A DNA stretch of 60,000 nt from Felis catus (Eukaryota), in the NCBI RefSeq assembly GCF_018350175.1, contig NC_058368.1:76448001-76508000 (forward strand). The letters run 5' to 3'. This document shows positions 26,458 to 38,599 of the stretch, piece after piece. The notes under the pieces were generated by a model that worked only from the letters and a program-made list of their open reading frames with translations, was not told the DNA's origin and did not search any database. Position 1 is the first letter of the stretch, and every line of letters begins with the position of its first letter. The position numbers and the translations under genes are program-made.

Positions 26458-26608
26458 TTGCTAATCAAAGCGTGGGCCAAGAGTAGCAGCATAGGATCAT
26501 ATGGGAACTTCGTAAAAATGCAAACCTCTGGCCCCATCTCGAACTTACCGGGTCATAGTCTGTATTTTAACAAGACTTGCATGCACATTAGAATTTGACA
26601 CGGATTGT
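26458..26608. mobile_element. MER5A-like hAT fossil
   Basis: caaagcgtgggcc...agcagcat...gggaacttcgtaaaaatgcaaa...tctgtattttaacaagac...atgcacattagaatttga. Confidence 0.65.
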
Positions 26609-27262
26609 CCTTCAGTACTATTCACTGTTCAGCAGAGCATCAGCTAGTTAGACCCTCTATTGCATCCAAATATTGTTTTCGGCCATTCTAGCATTTTTCA
26701 TTCCAACGTGCATGAATGTGAGGCACACTCTCCTACTTCCTTACTGCCAGAAATACACACACCCAAAGAGCACACAGACTCGCGTTTATTTGCACACTCA
26801 TGTGCACACTTGCACAAGTTACGGGACCCCGTGTGACCAAATGGAAGTTTTTCAGGCTTTTCCTAATGTGAGTTTTACAGTGTTCATAGAATTACGCACA
26901 TAATCGTTTTATTCTCATCTTGTGCTTTTTAACGTATCCCTGCGATGATTAGCGATCACGGCTCCTTGTAGCGATACAAAATAGGTTTTAATACGAAGTT
27001 TCTGTGTCATATCACATTTCAAGAAATTGGAGAGCTTAGACCACCTGAACTCTGGTTACCTTTCACACTTTCGCTTGGAACAGAGCACAATTCCTTCCTA
27101 TCGGTTAGGCTGCACCTGGTCATTGAGTTGATTTCAGGAGGACTAGTTTGGACGTTAATCCAGGCACATTTTGAAAAGGGCCAGTAATATTCCTCTTATA
27201 AATTCTACTACGCTACATAATGCCTTTTTTTCCCCATCCTGAAATAAGTTTCATGATTTACT

Positions 27263-27266
<4 letters not shown>

Positions 27267-27297
<31 letters not shown>
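27267..27297. repeat. (CA)n microsatellite, ~15 units
   Basis: Read directly. Confidence 0.95.
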
Positions 27298-27303
<6 letters not shown>

Positions 27304-27553
27304 CACTCTTAAAAACCTGTGAAATGTTTACATTCTACATAGGAACATGGTGGCCACAGCAGTTACAAATCCCAGTTGATACAGGTGTCTTAGACTCGGA
27401 GCCCATGAATGCCGCTGCTGTGCCTAAGACAGATGGCAAAAAGCTCCAGATAAAGTTTTGGACCCAAAAATACAAACACACCTCAACTTACAGGAGACCC
27501 CCATTCCTAGAAAATCCACTATTCGTATTAAAGCTTCATCCAAAATGAAATGT

Positions 27554-27675
27554 GGGGCTGCCTGGGTGACTCAGTGGGTTGAACATCTGACTCGGTCTCA
27601 GCTCAGGTCTTAATCTCAGGGTTGTGAGCTTGAGCCCCGCATTAGGCTCCACGACCAGCACGGAAAAGCAAACAA
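27554..27675 (+). mobile_element. Short old Can-SINE
   Basis: ggggctgcctgggtgactcagtgggttgaacatctgactc...gagcttgagccccgcatt. Confidence 0.85.
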
Positions 27676-28145
27676 ATAAGACATGAAAGATTTAATTCTG
27701 TTTTAAAAAATAAGTAGTAAATAAGATGTAAAACCGTAACTTCTAGGCTTGGATAATTTTAAGTTTCTGTTTTTCCTTAACCTGGAAGAGTACCCAGTAA
27801 GACATTAGAAATCTACAAAACCCTGGGTAATTTTTTGTTCTATAATAGAGATCTGACTTTTGCAAGATGTCTAATATCTTTGGCCTCTATTCAATGATCT
27901 CGGTCCCCAGTTCACTGTGACAAAAATTGTCCCCACAAATTTGCCCAGAAGAGAAATCCTCCAGGAGGCGGTAATGCCCCATTGAGACCGCGGTTTTAAA
28001 CTGGCTTCCTGGGGAAGTCACCCACATTGACCCCCCGCACTGCTTTTGAGATTAGCCAACTCTCTCTGTGCCTGGAATGTCATAAATGGATATTTACCCT
28101 TCATCACTTCTGCATTTCCTCTTCTCCAAACACAATGGTTCCTAC

Positions 28146-28335
28146 CAATGTGTTTGGTTCCTACTGGCTAGCAAGGGCCAATTATTAAATACAGAAATCT
28201 CGCAAGCCAATTGAAATCATGCTAGTAGTTTAAATCAACCACGATGGGAATATTTATACAACAGAAATTGGCAAATGCTACAAATCAGGGCTCATTTTGT
28301 GGGGAAAGGGACCAGTTGGTAAATATTTAACAGAT
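28146..28335 (-). mobile_element. MER63A-like hAT-Blackjack fossil
   Basis: atgggaatatttatacaacagaaattggcaaatgctacaaatcagggc is the reverse complement of the MER63 core; related to 36947-37348. Confidence 0.7.
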
Positions 28336-29192
28336 TTTATATGAAGGACCTTTGGCAGCATCCCCTACTTCTCAGTTTTACAGATTCAAGTTCTCTTCCT
28401 TGTAGCACATTTTTTTTTTTTCTCTTTTGACTGGTAATGTTGAATGGAATTACTCCTGTACAACCCACATTATTTTTCCAGTAAATTACGTAGAGCCCTA
28501 CTTGGCCTCTGTGATCAAAACACTTGCCCTTAATGTCAAGGTACAAAAATTACCTGTTGTTCACTTTCTTTTTAAGGCAATCTTTAAAATCTACTGGTAA
28601 CAACAACAAAAAATGTCTGCAGGGCTCTAGTCTCATTGCGGGGGGGGGGGGAGCCTTTTTAAATCTGTAAGTAGTGATGAGGCATTTTTGGTAAAGGTAG
28701 AACTCGTACAAATGTTGGGGAAGGTGGATAGAATGGGGAAGCTGGAATGATTTCTCCTTCAAGCTGGGCCCTACATGCTGGGTTCGAGCCCCCTGTGGTT
28801 GGTGGAGAGAGGTCGCCTGCCAATGGAGCTGCTCAGACAGAGGATGGGACTTTGAACCCACAGAGCTAACAGGACAGAGGCTGTAAGTTTGGCTCGGAGG
28901 CTTGGAGACTGCTTGAGATCATGCCCAGAAATCCACACTCTGAGAAAGCTAGGACACATCTGCCCCCTACCTGGAACACTGGAATTGCCTTGGTTGGGGG
29001 CGGGGAGGGTGTGGGCAGCGAGGCCCTTCCCGAAGGTGGGGAAAGCAGTAAAACAGGCAAGTGAGAACAGGAGAAGAAGGAAGGAAGGAAGGAACGTGGC
29101 TGGGACGTCCTGGGACTGAATCGGCAGGTCTGTTGGCATCTCCTTGATGAGACTTCTCGGGGCTTCTTGAAATAACCATAGGTCACTTTAAA

Positions 29193-29417
29193 TTTTTTTT
29201 TTAAGTTTATTTATTTATTTATTTATTTATTTAGAGACAGAAAGAGCAGGAGCAGGGGAGGGGCAGAGGGACAGGGAGGGAGGGAGAGAATCCCAAGCAG
29301 GCTCTGAGCTGTCAGCGCAGAGCCCAACGTGGGGCTCGAATCCACCAACCGAGAGATCATGACCTGAGCCGACCTGAAGAGTTGGATGCTTAACCGACCG
29401 CGCCACCCAGGCGCTCC
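29193..29417 (-). mobile_element. Can-SINE
   Basis: (TTTA)n tail, head ...cgccacccaggcgctcc; degenerate TSD ccataggtcactttaaa / ccagaagttactttaaa. Confidence 0.94.
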
Positions 29418-29626
29418 CAGAAGTTACTTTAAAAAGCAGAAATGCTAAGCGGGATGGAAGCTGCTAATTCGGCAAACATCTGGGCTGCCCTTCAAGGAGG
29501 AACACCCCTTGCGGGAACTACCAGTAAGCAGCCGTGACACTGAAAGTTACTATTAGACCAGTGATTCCCTAACTCGAATAGATATAACGGTCTCTTGGGG
29601 AACTTCATGAAGATGCAGATCCCCGA

Positions 29627-29871
29627 GGGGCACCTGGGCGGCTCGACCACTTAAATGTCCGACTCGTGGTTTCAGCTCAGGTCATGATCTTGTGGTTTGT
29701 GGGACCGAGCACCACGTGGGGCTCTGCACTGACAGCAGGGATCCTGCTTAGAATTCTCTCTCTGCCCCTCTCTTGCTCAGATTCACGCTCGTCCCTCTCT
29801 CCCTCCCTCCCTCCCCTCTCTCTCTCACACACACACATAATAAATAAACCTAAAAAAAAAAAAAAAAAAAA
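29627..29871 (+). mobile_element. Can-SINE inserted in a MER5-like fossil (~29560-29950)
   Basis: Head ggggcacctgggcggctcg, ~A20 tail; degenerate TSD aagatgcagatcccc / aagattcaggttccc. Confidence 0.9.
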
Positions 29872-30836
29872 GATTCAGGTTCCCAAGCTCAACCCCAAGA
29901 TCACCAGGCTTTGGACTGGAGGTGGGGCAGTGTGCAAAGCCGAAGTTTTAATGGTCACTCCTCTGACACAGATTGCTCCAAACATACCGGGTAACCCTTT
30001 GCTTTTCTTTCCGAGCAGAGAAAACAACTTGCTTCTATTTAATGAAGAACTTCACCTTCACATGATCTAGTCAGCGTCGTACCTTAATTCCTATACTTCC
30101 CAATGGCTCTTCTCAAAGAATCCGTAATCTTCCTGAAGAATATCCTTTAAGATGACATATTTAAAACCTTTAAAAATCTAATTTAATCAAAGGGAACTAT
30201 CACACCATCGGAGGGACTAGCGTCTGTTCAATCAACAAAATGTTACAAATTACTTCCATTCGTAATCAGTAAACCAACAAATCCATTATAGCCAGATTAG
30301 CTCATAAGGAATATAATGAGCTAAATTCTTCACTATTTTGAAGGGCGTATTAATTCAGATAGACTAGAATGTGACAACGATGATCTAAGCATGGGTTCCC
30401 TCTCTGCATTCCTCGGTCTTACACCCAAAACCCACAAACCTCACCTTCAAATCCTGTCTACAGGACAGTGACCTACTCTCATGAAAATGTCCCAAAATGC
30501 GATTTCTTTTTCATCTAGAACCGAACGATAATTTGTGCGGTCATTCATTCCCCCACTGCATAGATCCTTTCTGGCAAGATTTCAAAAACAATAATGGCAA
30601 ATGTAGACGAGTGAAGCACAGACATTACTGAACTTGCAGCACAGAACAAAATATACCAACGTCCAAAGTTTGTTCGTCTCGCAAAAAACAAGACCAAAAA
30701 AAAAAAAAGGACAAAGATTCCTCAATACCAAATATGAAGTCCCGATTCTCAATTCTGCTTTTTAATTCCCCAAATCTAGTTATTTCCAAGAAAAGCGGAT
30801 TTCCCCACCACCACCCTGCTTCATTTAAGGCAGATA

Positions 30837-30900
30837 TTTTTTTTTTAATTTTTTAATGTTTATTTTTGAAGGGGAGAGAGAGAGAGAGAGAGAGCATGAT
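30837..30900 (-). mobile_element. Can-SINE 3' fragment (tail and CT tract only)
   Basis: ttttttaatgtttatttttgaaggggagagagag...gcatga with no head. Confidence 0.75.
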
Positions 30901-32387
30901 AGGAGTGAGGGTTATGTGGGTTTGGGGAGAGAAGGGCAAAAAAATTATGTAATTAACACGGTGTTCAACTAACGGCCCATAGGACGTTCAACCATAGGAT
31001 GCCGTGGATGTGTCAGTCTAGAAAACTGTAAGAGGCATCCTTTTTATGCCTTAAGAGGTCATTGGTCCTGAAGACGACTAGCACTGGGTTACTCAATGAC
31101 CGACTTGGCAAATGTGAGCATTTAATACTGCCCTTCTAATACGAGAATGGTTTTTATGAAGTTACAATGCACACAGTCACATGATACCACGTTAGGCAAA
31201 GTCTCTTTCCAAACCAAAAAGAAAGCAGCACTTCCAGACAATGCATTTAATTCATGTGTTCCTCAAAGGAGGATGCATGCAGGTACAAATTACGCCAGCA
31301 TTAACGACTTTCTTCCCTTGCAAATATAAATAGTACATTTAAGCGGGTTTTTTTTTAATTGATATTTTCATATAATATTTTTCCTCTTTACCATATCCCT
31401 TTAGCCCGGGGAAATTCTTATGGAGAAAAAACAAAGAGAAAAATTAAATTAAGAGGGATGACAGCCTGCCAGGTTTCATATTAACAAAAACAGTGAGGCA
31501 TTTTCCTAGCAAAGTCTAGTAGATGCATTTGGTATTTCCCTCATTCCAGGAAAAGGAACAGCCATTTTCTCAGAGGCACGTCATAATAGCAACGTGCGCA
31601 AAATTAACTTGGCCATAGCACGAGATCTCTCCAGACCGAACTGGTGCCTGTTTTGCTAAAAATTCTTATAGGTGACGGTCTTCCAGTTTCCCTAGTTTAA
31701 GTTTTTCTTTTTCTTGACGTGAAACAAAACTTTCAAGGAAACCCTCCACAGTTCCAGCGCCCTGGGAATATGTGAAGTGGGAGGACAGCGGTCCCTGCTT
31801 CCTAGGAGCTCAGTGTCCAGCGGAAGGAAACGGATGCACACGCAATCGGAGAGGACAGAGAAACGACAGAGGGGCTTCTGTAGAAACAGACGTTTTCCTG
31901 GAAATATTTCTGTCTTACGGCATCAGAAACCTCTGCGTCTGAATGCATCATAAAAGGGAGAGGTGGGTTTCACCAGACGATGGTACATGAACAGAACTTC
32001 CTAGCCAAAGGAAACACGAGGAGGAAAGGCACACACGTGCCAGCACAATGGGCTGAGCTGGATAACTTAGGATGTAAGGGTGTAACTGATGAGGAAAGAG
32101 ATCTTAGAATTCGTGACGGCAACAGTAGGTCATAGAGATCCCCAAAACCACATTTAGAAGTTGGAAATTTATCCTGTAGGTTCCGAAAAGGCATGGCTTA
32201 TGGAAGAGTTTTATGGAGAAAATGGAATGGATAGGGAGGATTCCCTGGCACGAAGGGCTGAACTAACAGTCAGGGGGAGGTGCAGGGAGGGAAAAGATGG
32301 AGTGGGATGGTCAGGGATGCCCTAAGCCTCAAGGACAGGCAGAGCTCACAGTGACATCAGGCTGCCTGTTGAAAGTGATCACTGATA

Positions 32388-32617
32388 GGGGCGCCTGGGT
32401 GGCGCAGTCGGTTAAGCGTCCGACTTCAGCCAGGTCACGATCTCGCGGTTCGTGAGTTCGAGCCCCGCGTCGGGCTCTGGGCTGATGGCTCAGAGCCTGG
32501 AGCCTGTTTCCGATTCTGTGTCTCCCTCTCTCTCTGCCCCTCCCCCGTTCATGCTCTGTCTCTCTCTGTCCCAAAAATAAATAAACGTTGAAAAAAAAAA
32601 TTAAAAAAAAAAAAAAA
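32388..32617 (+). mobile_element. Young feline SINE (SINEC_Fc)
   Basis: Near-consensus; perfect 17-bp TSD GAAAGTGATCACTGATA at 32371-32387 and 32618-32634. Confidence 0.98.
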
Positions 32618-33179
32618 GAAAGTGATCACTGATAGAAATTAAAGGAAGGAAGGGGCGTCGATATTTGGGGTTTCAACCTGTCCCTAGGCCCAAATAACTA
32701 TGGCAAATAAATCTTTTCCTCTTATTAGTGTCAAGATGACTGCATCAAATCAATCTGGACATATATGAGTCGGGGGGAAGAAGTCTTTCCTAAAAGGAGT
32801 GAAAGTGAGGGAGGGTTCATCAAAGCTGATGAGGCCAAACAGGAAGTGTGGTAATAGAAAGAGGAAGGAGATCTGTAATGTCTCTTGCAGGTGTCATTCA
32901 ACTTGGTGATCAACAGGGGGGAGCCGAAAATGAGGAGTCAAAGGTGACTCTGAGGGTCCCAGCTTGGTGACCGGGTACAAAGCTATATCCACAGGTGCCC
33001 ATAGCTAGACAGAACCCAATTCTAACTCTTCAGCTTAACAGAAGAGAAGTCACATATAGATGGCATCAATACACGTATTAGCACCCCTTCAAAAATAATA
33101 CTTTTCCCTAAAGAGTCCAGTCCCATAACTTATATGATCTCCTCCTACCTAAAGCCCACATGTCTTCCATTGACCTTTG

Positions 33180-33650
33180 TGTGGAGACCCAGATCCTTGA
33201 AGTGGTCTACGCGATATTAATGGCCTCACCCTCATTTCTTTAGCCTCGCCATCCTGCCCCTTCCTCTCTCAACTCCAGCATCGTTGATCTTTCGTCGTTT
33301 TTCACTTTGCTGATTCCTCTGCCATGAACTCACCAGCACCATCTACTGCAAACATTGAACCCACTCCCCCACGAACATGAACTCATCCATTTCTCTCCTC
33401 CCCCAATCACTTGCTTAGAAAACCCTTCCTTGACTGCCCTGCTAAGGTTCCTTGGAAATACGTTTTCACAGAACCACCTAACTCTCCTCGGAAGCAACTT
33501 TTAAAGTTTGTGGCTACACATTCAACAGTGATGTTATGTCGCATCAGGCTACACCTCGGGAGAACAGAGCTGCATCTGTTTCGCTGTCCACTTCATCCGC
33601 CAGCATCTAACACGGGAGCCTCCCTGAAACTCTTGAGTAAACAGAGAATC
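33180..33650 (+). mobile_element. L2 LINE relic
   Basis: Pyrimidine-rich L2-like phrases (aaacccttccttgactgccc; tgtttcgctgtccacttcatccgccagcatctaacac); boundaries uncertain. Confidence 0.4.
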
Positions 33651-35301
33651 CGTGAAAAAACTGAGGGTCTCCTAGTTGACATGAGCCGAGCCTTGCCATT
33701 TGGGGGAAGGCTTTCCCCAGCTCAACTTCCCTCCACCATATTAGACCAAGAAAGCAGCACCGGCTCCTTCCTGGCCTGACTGGGGCTTGGCTGTGTTACA
33801 AGAGACACTTTGGGAGCTGTCACTGGCTGCCGTCTCTGCTGTCCAGAAGGAAGAGTGCCAGCTTCAGGTTGCCAGCTCTGATTAAATTCTTTTTATTCTG
33901 GATTTCCCTCTGATAGAGAAAGGGGGAAGGGGGCTTGCCGGTTCATTCTCGTACTGTGGGAAGTGAAAATAAATACAGTTTTAATTTATTAGAGACCGCA
34001 TCTACCAACTAGCACTCAGAACTCAAGAGGCATTGTCTCATTAAAACAGAACAACGCAGTTTCAGGAGAATCCATCACTCTTTCCGACTTCATTTGGCTC
34101 CTACCATGACCACACAGGTTTTCAAAACTCCAGTGTTCCGCTTTCCAAAACCCACTTGGAAACTCCATCCGAGCCCTCCCCCTGCCAGAGGTTCCAATGC
34201 TCAGTTTGAGAATTAAGGCATGAAACACATGGAAATACAATGTTCCAATCCATCTAATTAATGCATTAAGTCCCTCATTTGCATAGTACAAATTTCCCTT
34301 TATGCTTTCAGTTGCTTGGCAATTGCCTGCCTCAAGAAAATATATTAGCAGTTAAAACGCAGCTTAACAATAAGAGAAACAAAGACATCAGCCCTAGTTC
34401 CAAGAGCATATTTCAGAAGGGAAAGGGAAAATCCATCATGTAAAAGGATTTCAAATCCTAAAGTGGCTGAACCATTCAATTTTGAGGAATAATTTAACCG
34501 TAGTAAGTAAAGTAACATATCACCCTGGCAGGCAGAACGGGTGTCAATTAAAAGTCTGTAGAGCAGATGCTACCCGCAAACCTCGTAGCGTCTCCCCAAA
34601 CGTATCTTTGCTATAACAGGGGACAAGAGATTGAAAGCACCGCCCCCCCCCCCCCCCCCGCCACTTTACAAGAGGACAAACAGATCAGATTCCAGAATTG
34701 CATGAGCCTGACGGTGGTGCTCACATTAGAACCAAAGGGCTCCCCCAAAGAAGGAAGGTTTTAAACCAAACTTACAACACCCCGAACCAACAAAGCACCA
34801 TAAACCGTACTGAATCATTGGAAACAGGCAGAGGGAGCTTCAACTTTGATCCTGAATTAATCCCAGCTTGTGTAAAAATGCCATGTGCTCCACAGGCTTC
34901 TGGGAGGGGCGGGGCTGGGAGAGGTCTGCGCATGCTCTCCCGGGACGCAGACGTTTGTGTGAGCGCACGGACGCCCGCGCCTGTAACTCTCCGTCCTCCT
35001 GAATGTGTGCAAGAGAGCTCCCCAGAGGTCAAGGCAGAAGGAGCAGCATGACCCTTCTCTAATTCAAATGTTAAAGAACAATAAACGTGAATTCGAGTGG
35101 AGATACATAAGAGACATATTCCACCGCCCACGATAAAGTACTATCCAGCTCAGGGAACACCCAAAAGAACGTTTCAAAACGTGGGTTCGAGCACGTTGGA
35201 CGGTTGAAAGGCCACCTCAATGAATACCTCACGTGTATCATCAAGACGTAAAAATACGTTAATGTTACTGCTTTCACCGCAATTTTAGAATACCTAGCGC
35301 T

Positions 35302-35489
35302 AAAGAAACAAGTTAGGGAGGGAGCCAAACCATAAGAGACCCTTAAAAACTGAGAATAAACTGAGGGCGGATGGGGAGCGGAGGGAGGGGAGGGTGGGTG
35401 ATGGGCATTGAGGAGGGTACCTGTGGGGAGGAGCACTGGGTGTTGTGTGGAAACCAATCTGACAATAAATTTCATATTTAAAAAAAAAA
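35302..35489 (+). mobile_element. 5'-truncated feline L1 (L1_Fc-type) 3' end
   Basis: aaaccataagagacccttaaaaactgagaataaactgaggg...gagcactgggtgttgt...aataaa plus poly(A); TSD GAATACCTAG(cg/ta)CT at 35288 and 35492. Confidence 0.92.
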
Positions 35490-35539
35490 TGGAATACCTA
35501 GTACTGTACTTTTTAGTAGTACGTTAAAATATAACGAAG

Positions 35540-35756
35540 GGGGCGCCTGGGTGGCGCAGTCGGTTAAGCGTCCGACTTCAGCCAGGTCACGATCTCGCGG
35601 TCCGTGAGTTCGAGCCCCGCGTCGGGCTCTGGGCTGATGGCTCAGAGCCTGGAGCCTGTTTCCGATTCTGTGTCTCCCTCTCTCTCTGCCCCTCCCCCGT
35701 TCATGCTCTGTCTCTCTCTGTCCCAAAAATAAATAAACGTTGAAAACAAAAAATTT

Positions 35757-35813
<57 letters not shown>
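35540..35813 (+). mobile_element. Young feline SINE (SINEC_Fc) with a (TA)29 array at its 3' end
   Basis: Consensus-like sequence; TSD ATATAACGAAG at 35529-35539 and 35814-35824. Confidence 0.98.

Positions 35814-35818
<5 letters not shown>
35761..35818. repeat. (TA)29 microsatellite
   Basis: Read directly. Confidence 0.97.
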
Positions 35819-35819
<1 letters not shown>

Positions 35820-36946
35820 CGAAGACTTTATCAAGTTACTATTGCTACTTAAACTTTGGGAAGTAGGAACTTATCTTTTTTCAGAGGAGTGCATTGGGCT
35901 TCGAACTGGAGTCATCACCTGTCCAAGATAGGAAAAGAGAAAGTTGAAGACACGTGACAAAATCAGATTTGGGGATTCCAAATCCCATGAGAAATGGAAG
36001 TTATGAGGACCCACAACAAGAAAAATATACTAACCAACCAAGCCAAAACAGACAAAATTTAAAAAAAGAAAAAGGAATCAAACTGCAGGACTATTAGTCG
36101 TTGGTTTCCAACCAGCTACCCTAGTTTGAAAGCGTCAGATTTGGAGCCAAGTATTTGGACGGCACCTAATAAATTCTCTTCAACAGAGGAACGTGTGGTT
36201 GGAACCCAAGATGGCACATGCGTTGGGATGGCCATAGGGGACAGCTCCCCGCTGCTCAGGCAGGCAGTGATCTGTCTGAGGAACAGCTCTACGTGAGGCT
36301 TGCCCACCCTACGTTCCCCAGACTCCAGTTTCAGAGTCCTCAACTTCTTTCTCCAGTTTGCACCTTTCAGCAGTCCCCAAGACCTTGAGGGAATCTCCCG
36401 TAGCTTTGTGATTTTCACACCCACCAATGATTTGGGGACACCCTTAAATGTTCTCCTGTGCCACAGCCTCTCAGCCACCCCGGATGCCATCACGGGAAAC
36501 TGACTTCATCAATCCCTACTCAAACCCCCTCAAACACCTGATGGAAAAATTCAGCCTCCTTGGTCTGTCACAGGGCTTTGCGTTACCTGGCCCAAACCCA
36601 CCTGCCCAATAGACCTCGTGCTTCCCCAGAACAAAAGGGCTCACTACCTCCCTTACATACTTATCCCCCATCCGTCCTATTCTTCTTCCTATTATTTCCC
36701 TTCCCACAAAGCACCCCCCCCCCCATCTGAGTTGGGCTAGTCATTCTTTGAAGGTCACAAATGCTACCACCCCCATCCACCTTTCTCTGAACGTGAGCTT
36801 GCTGGCCAGATGGTTGATCTGGAGTTCCATGAAGCTTTATGTAGCACCCCACGCATGCAGGCAGGGCAGTGTGGCTTCCCTTACACAGGCTCTTACCTCC
36901 CCCCAACCAGACATCCTCTTGGTAATCAGCAGACCATGTGCAAATC

Positions 36947-37348
36947 CAGTGGTATGCTGGCCAATGCTTAATGACTAGCTCTTGGCGAGGGGACCCCCCG
37001 GGTTTGTAGTGTTTGCCAATTTGGGCTATAAATACTCCCACATCACCAATTTCAAGCAGCTGACACGGTATCATTGAATGCAAAATCAGAGCGACGCACA
37101 TGCACAGCACGATGCAGTATTTCCATCGTGCCGAAAAAGACACAACTTCAAACACGGAGGTAGCAGTAAAATGTAGCAGAACAGGTGATGGGTTCTGAGC
37201 ATTTTTCATCTTTTTAAAATAGAACTTCTATAACTGCAAGTTTATGTCAGCTAAATTTTTAGCAGCAGCTCTGTTTACTGATCAGCTGCAACATTCCCGG
37301 AAACTTAAGAAGCTGTTCCTGCGAGCTGGTGCAAAAAGTTCCAGCAGA
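36947..37348 (+). mobile_element. MER63B-like hAT-Blackjack fossil
   Basis: Start cagtggtatgctgg; core tttgtagtgtttgccaattt...taaatactcccac; end ...cctgcgagctggtgc...tccagca; ~400 bp. Confidence 0.75.
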
Positions 37349-37379
37349 GAAAACCCTTTTCTACCCCCACCCCCAGAGC

Positions 37380-37450
37380 AGCTTTGTGTGACCTTGAAGA
37401 AATTACTTGACTTATGGAGCCTTAGTTATCTGAAATACGGTGATTCGCCA
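37380..37450 (+). mobile_element. MIR core fragment
   Basis: tgtgtgaccttgaagaaattacttgacttatggagccttagttatctgaaatacgg. Confidence 0.55.
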
Positions 37451-38599
37451 TTACGTTACTTTCTGAAAGGATAAAACATTTAAGACTATGCCTCACAGAT
37501 GGTTAGATTTCAAAAAATAAAAACAAAAAGCAGTTTTCAGGACTGTTCGCTCCATTTTTGCAGGCCCTATAGCTCTTAGCACTGTATTTTGTTTATAATA
37601 AGACTTTAAGATCTTTGCAGGAAAAAAAAAAAGGTGTAATTTGTACAACTATTTGATTCCTAGACATCTCTCAGTATGTAGACCTTAGGGATGATAGCCA
37701 GGAAATAATGCCACCAGGACCCAGGGGCTGCCTTTTTTGTCCTAAGGTAGTTCAAGGTCTACAGTGGGGACACAAATCCAATATGGAAGACAGCTACATT
37801 AAACTCAGTGAAATCCGTTTATGGAAACCGATGCCGTGTTCCCAGAAAAGTCTCATTTTTGTAACAGGTGGTGTTTGAGTGTAGACTTCGACTCGCCATT
37901 TATCGCGGCTTTGATTTGGTAGTTTCACCTCGAGTCCGCATTAGTCTTTTCTACTGAAATAAAAGACTTTCTATCTGGAGGATGCTTTGTGGTCCAGTCA
38001 TCAGCCCACAAATGCTCAGAGTATGTGCTGATGAAGCAGACGCCCTGTGTCCAGGGAAACGGACTCAAATTGATCTCTCCTTGCACTGAGCACCATTTGA
38101 TGCGGGAACACATGTAAAAGTCGAGCGAGCTATTGCTCTGCAGGGAAGTCACTGGATGTCCAGTGCAGCTGGAAATCTCTTGCGACTTGCGCAGTGCCCT
38201 CATACCTGGCTTTGTGGATTATTCCAGCTCTTCTCCCAGGTCTCCAGTTTCTGTGCCGACTTTCTCCTGTCGGCCAGCAGACAAGATCGAGGTTTCCTTC
38301 CACCTGACCCAGCACTGCACGTGCCAGCTCACTTGTCCTTGTGCTGTGATTCTTCCTGGTACAGCCAGACTCTTTAAAGAGACTCACCTAGGCTCATTAC
38401 CTCTACTTACTCGCTTCCTCGTTATCCCTACATTACATGAAATCAGGGTTTCGGCCCCAATCCTACCGGAACCCTTCCGGTAAGGCAAGCCAGTGCCTTC
38501 CCAATCCCACAGCCACACTGGCCACCGTTCTGTTCTCAGCAGGCGAAGATCCTACACCGGTGAACACCCTCTGGCCTGCCTGTTTCTTTTGTCAGTCTC

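Noticed and set aside
36661..37209. 182-aa minus-strand ORF
   Set aside because: Roughly half overlaps a non-autonomous MER63-like fossil; no transposase or other motif
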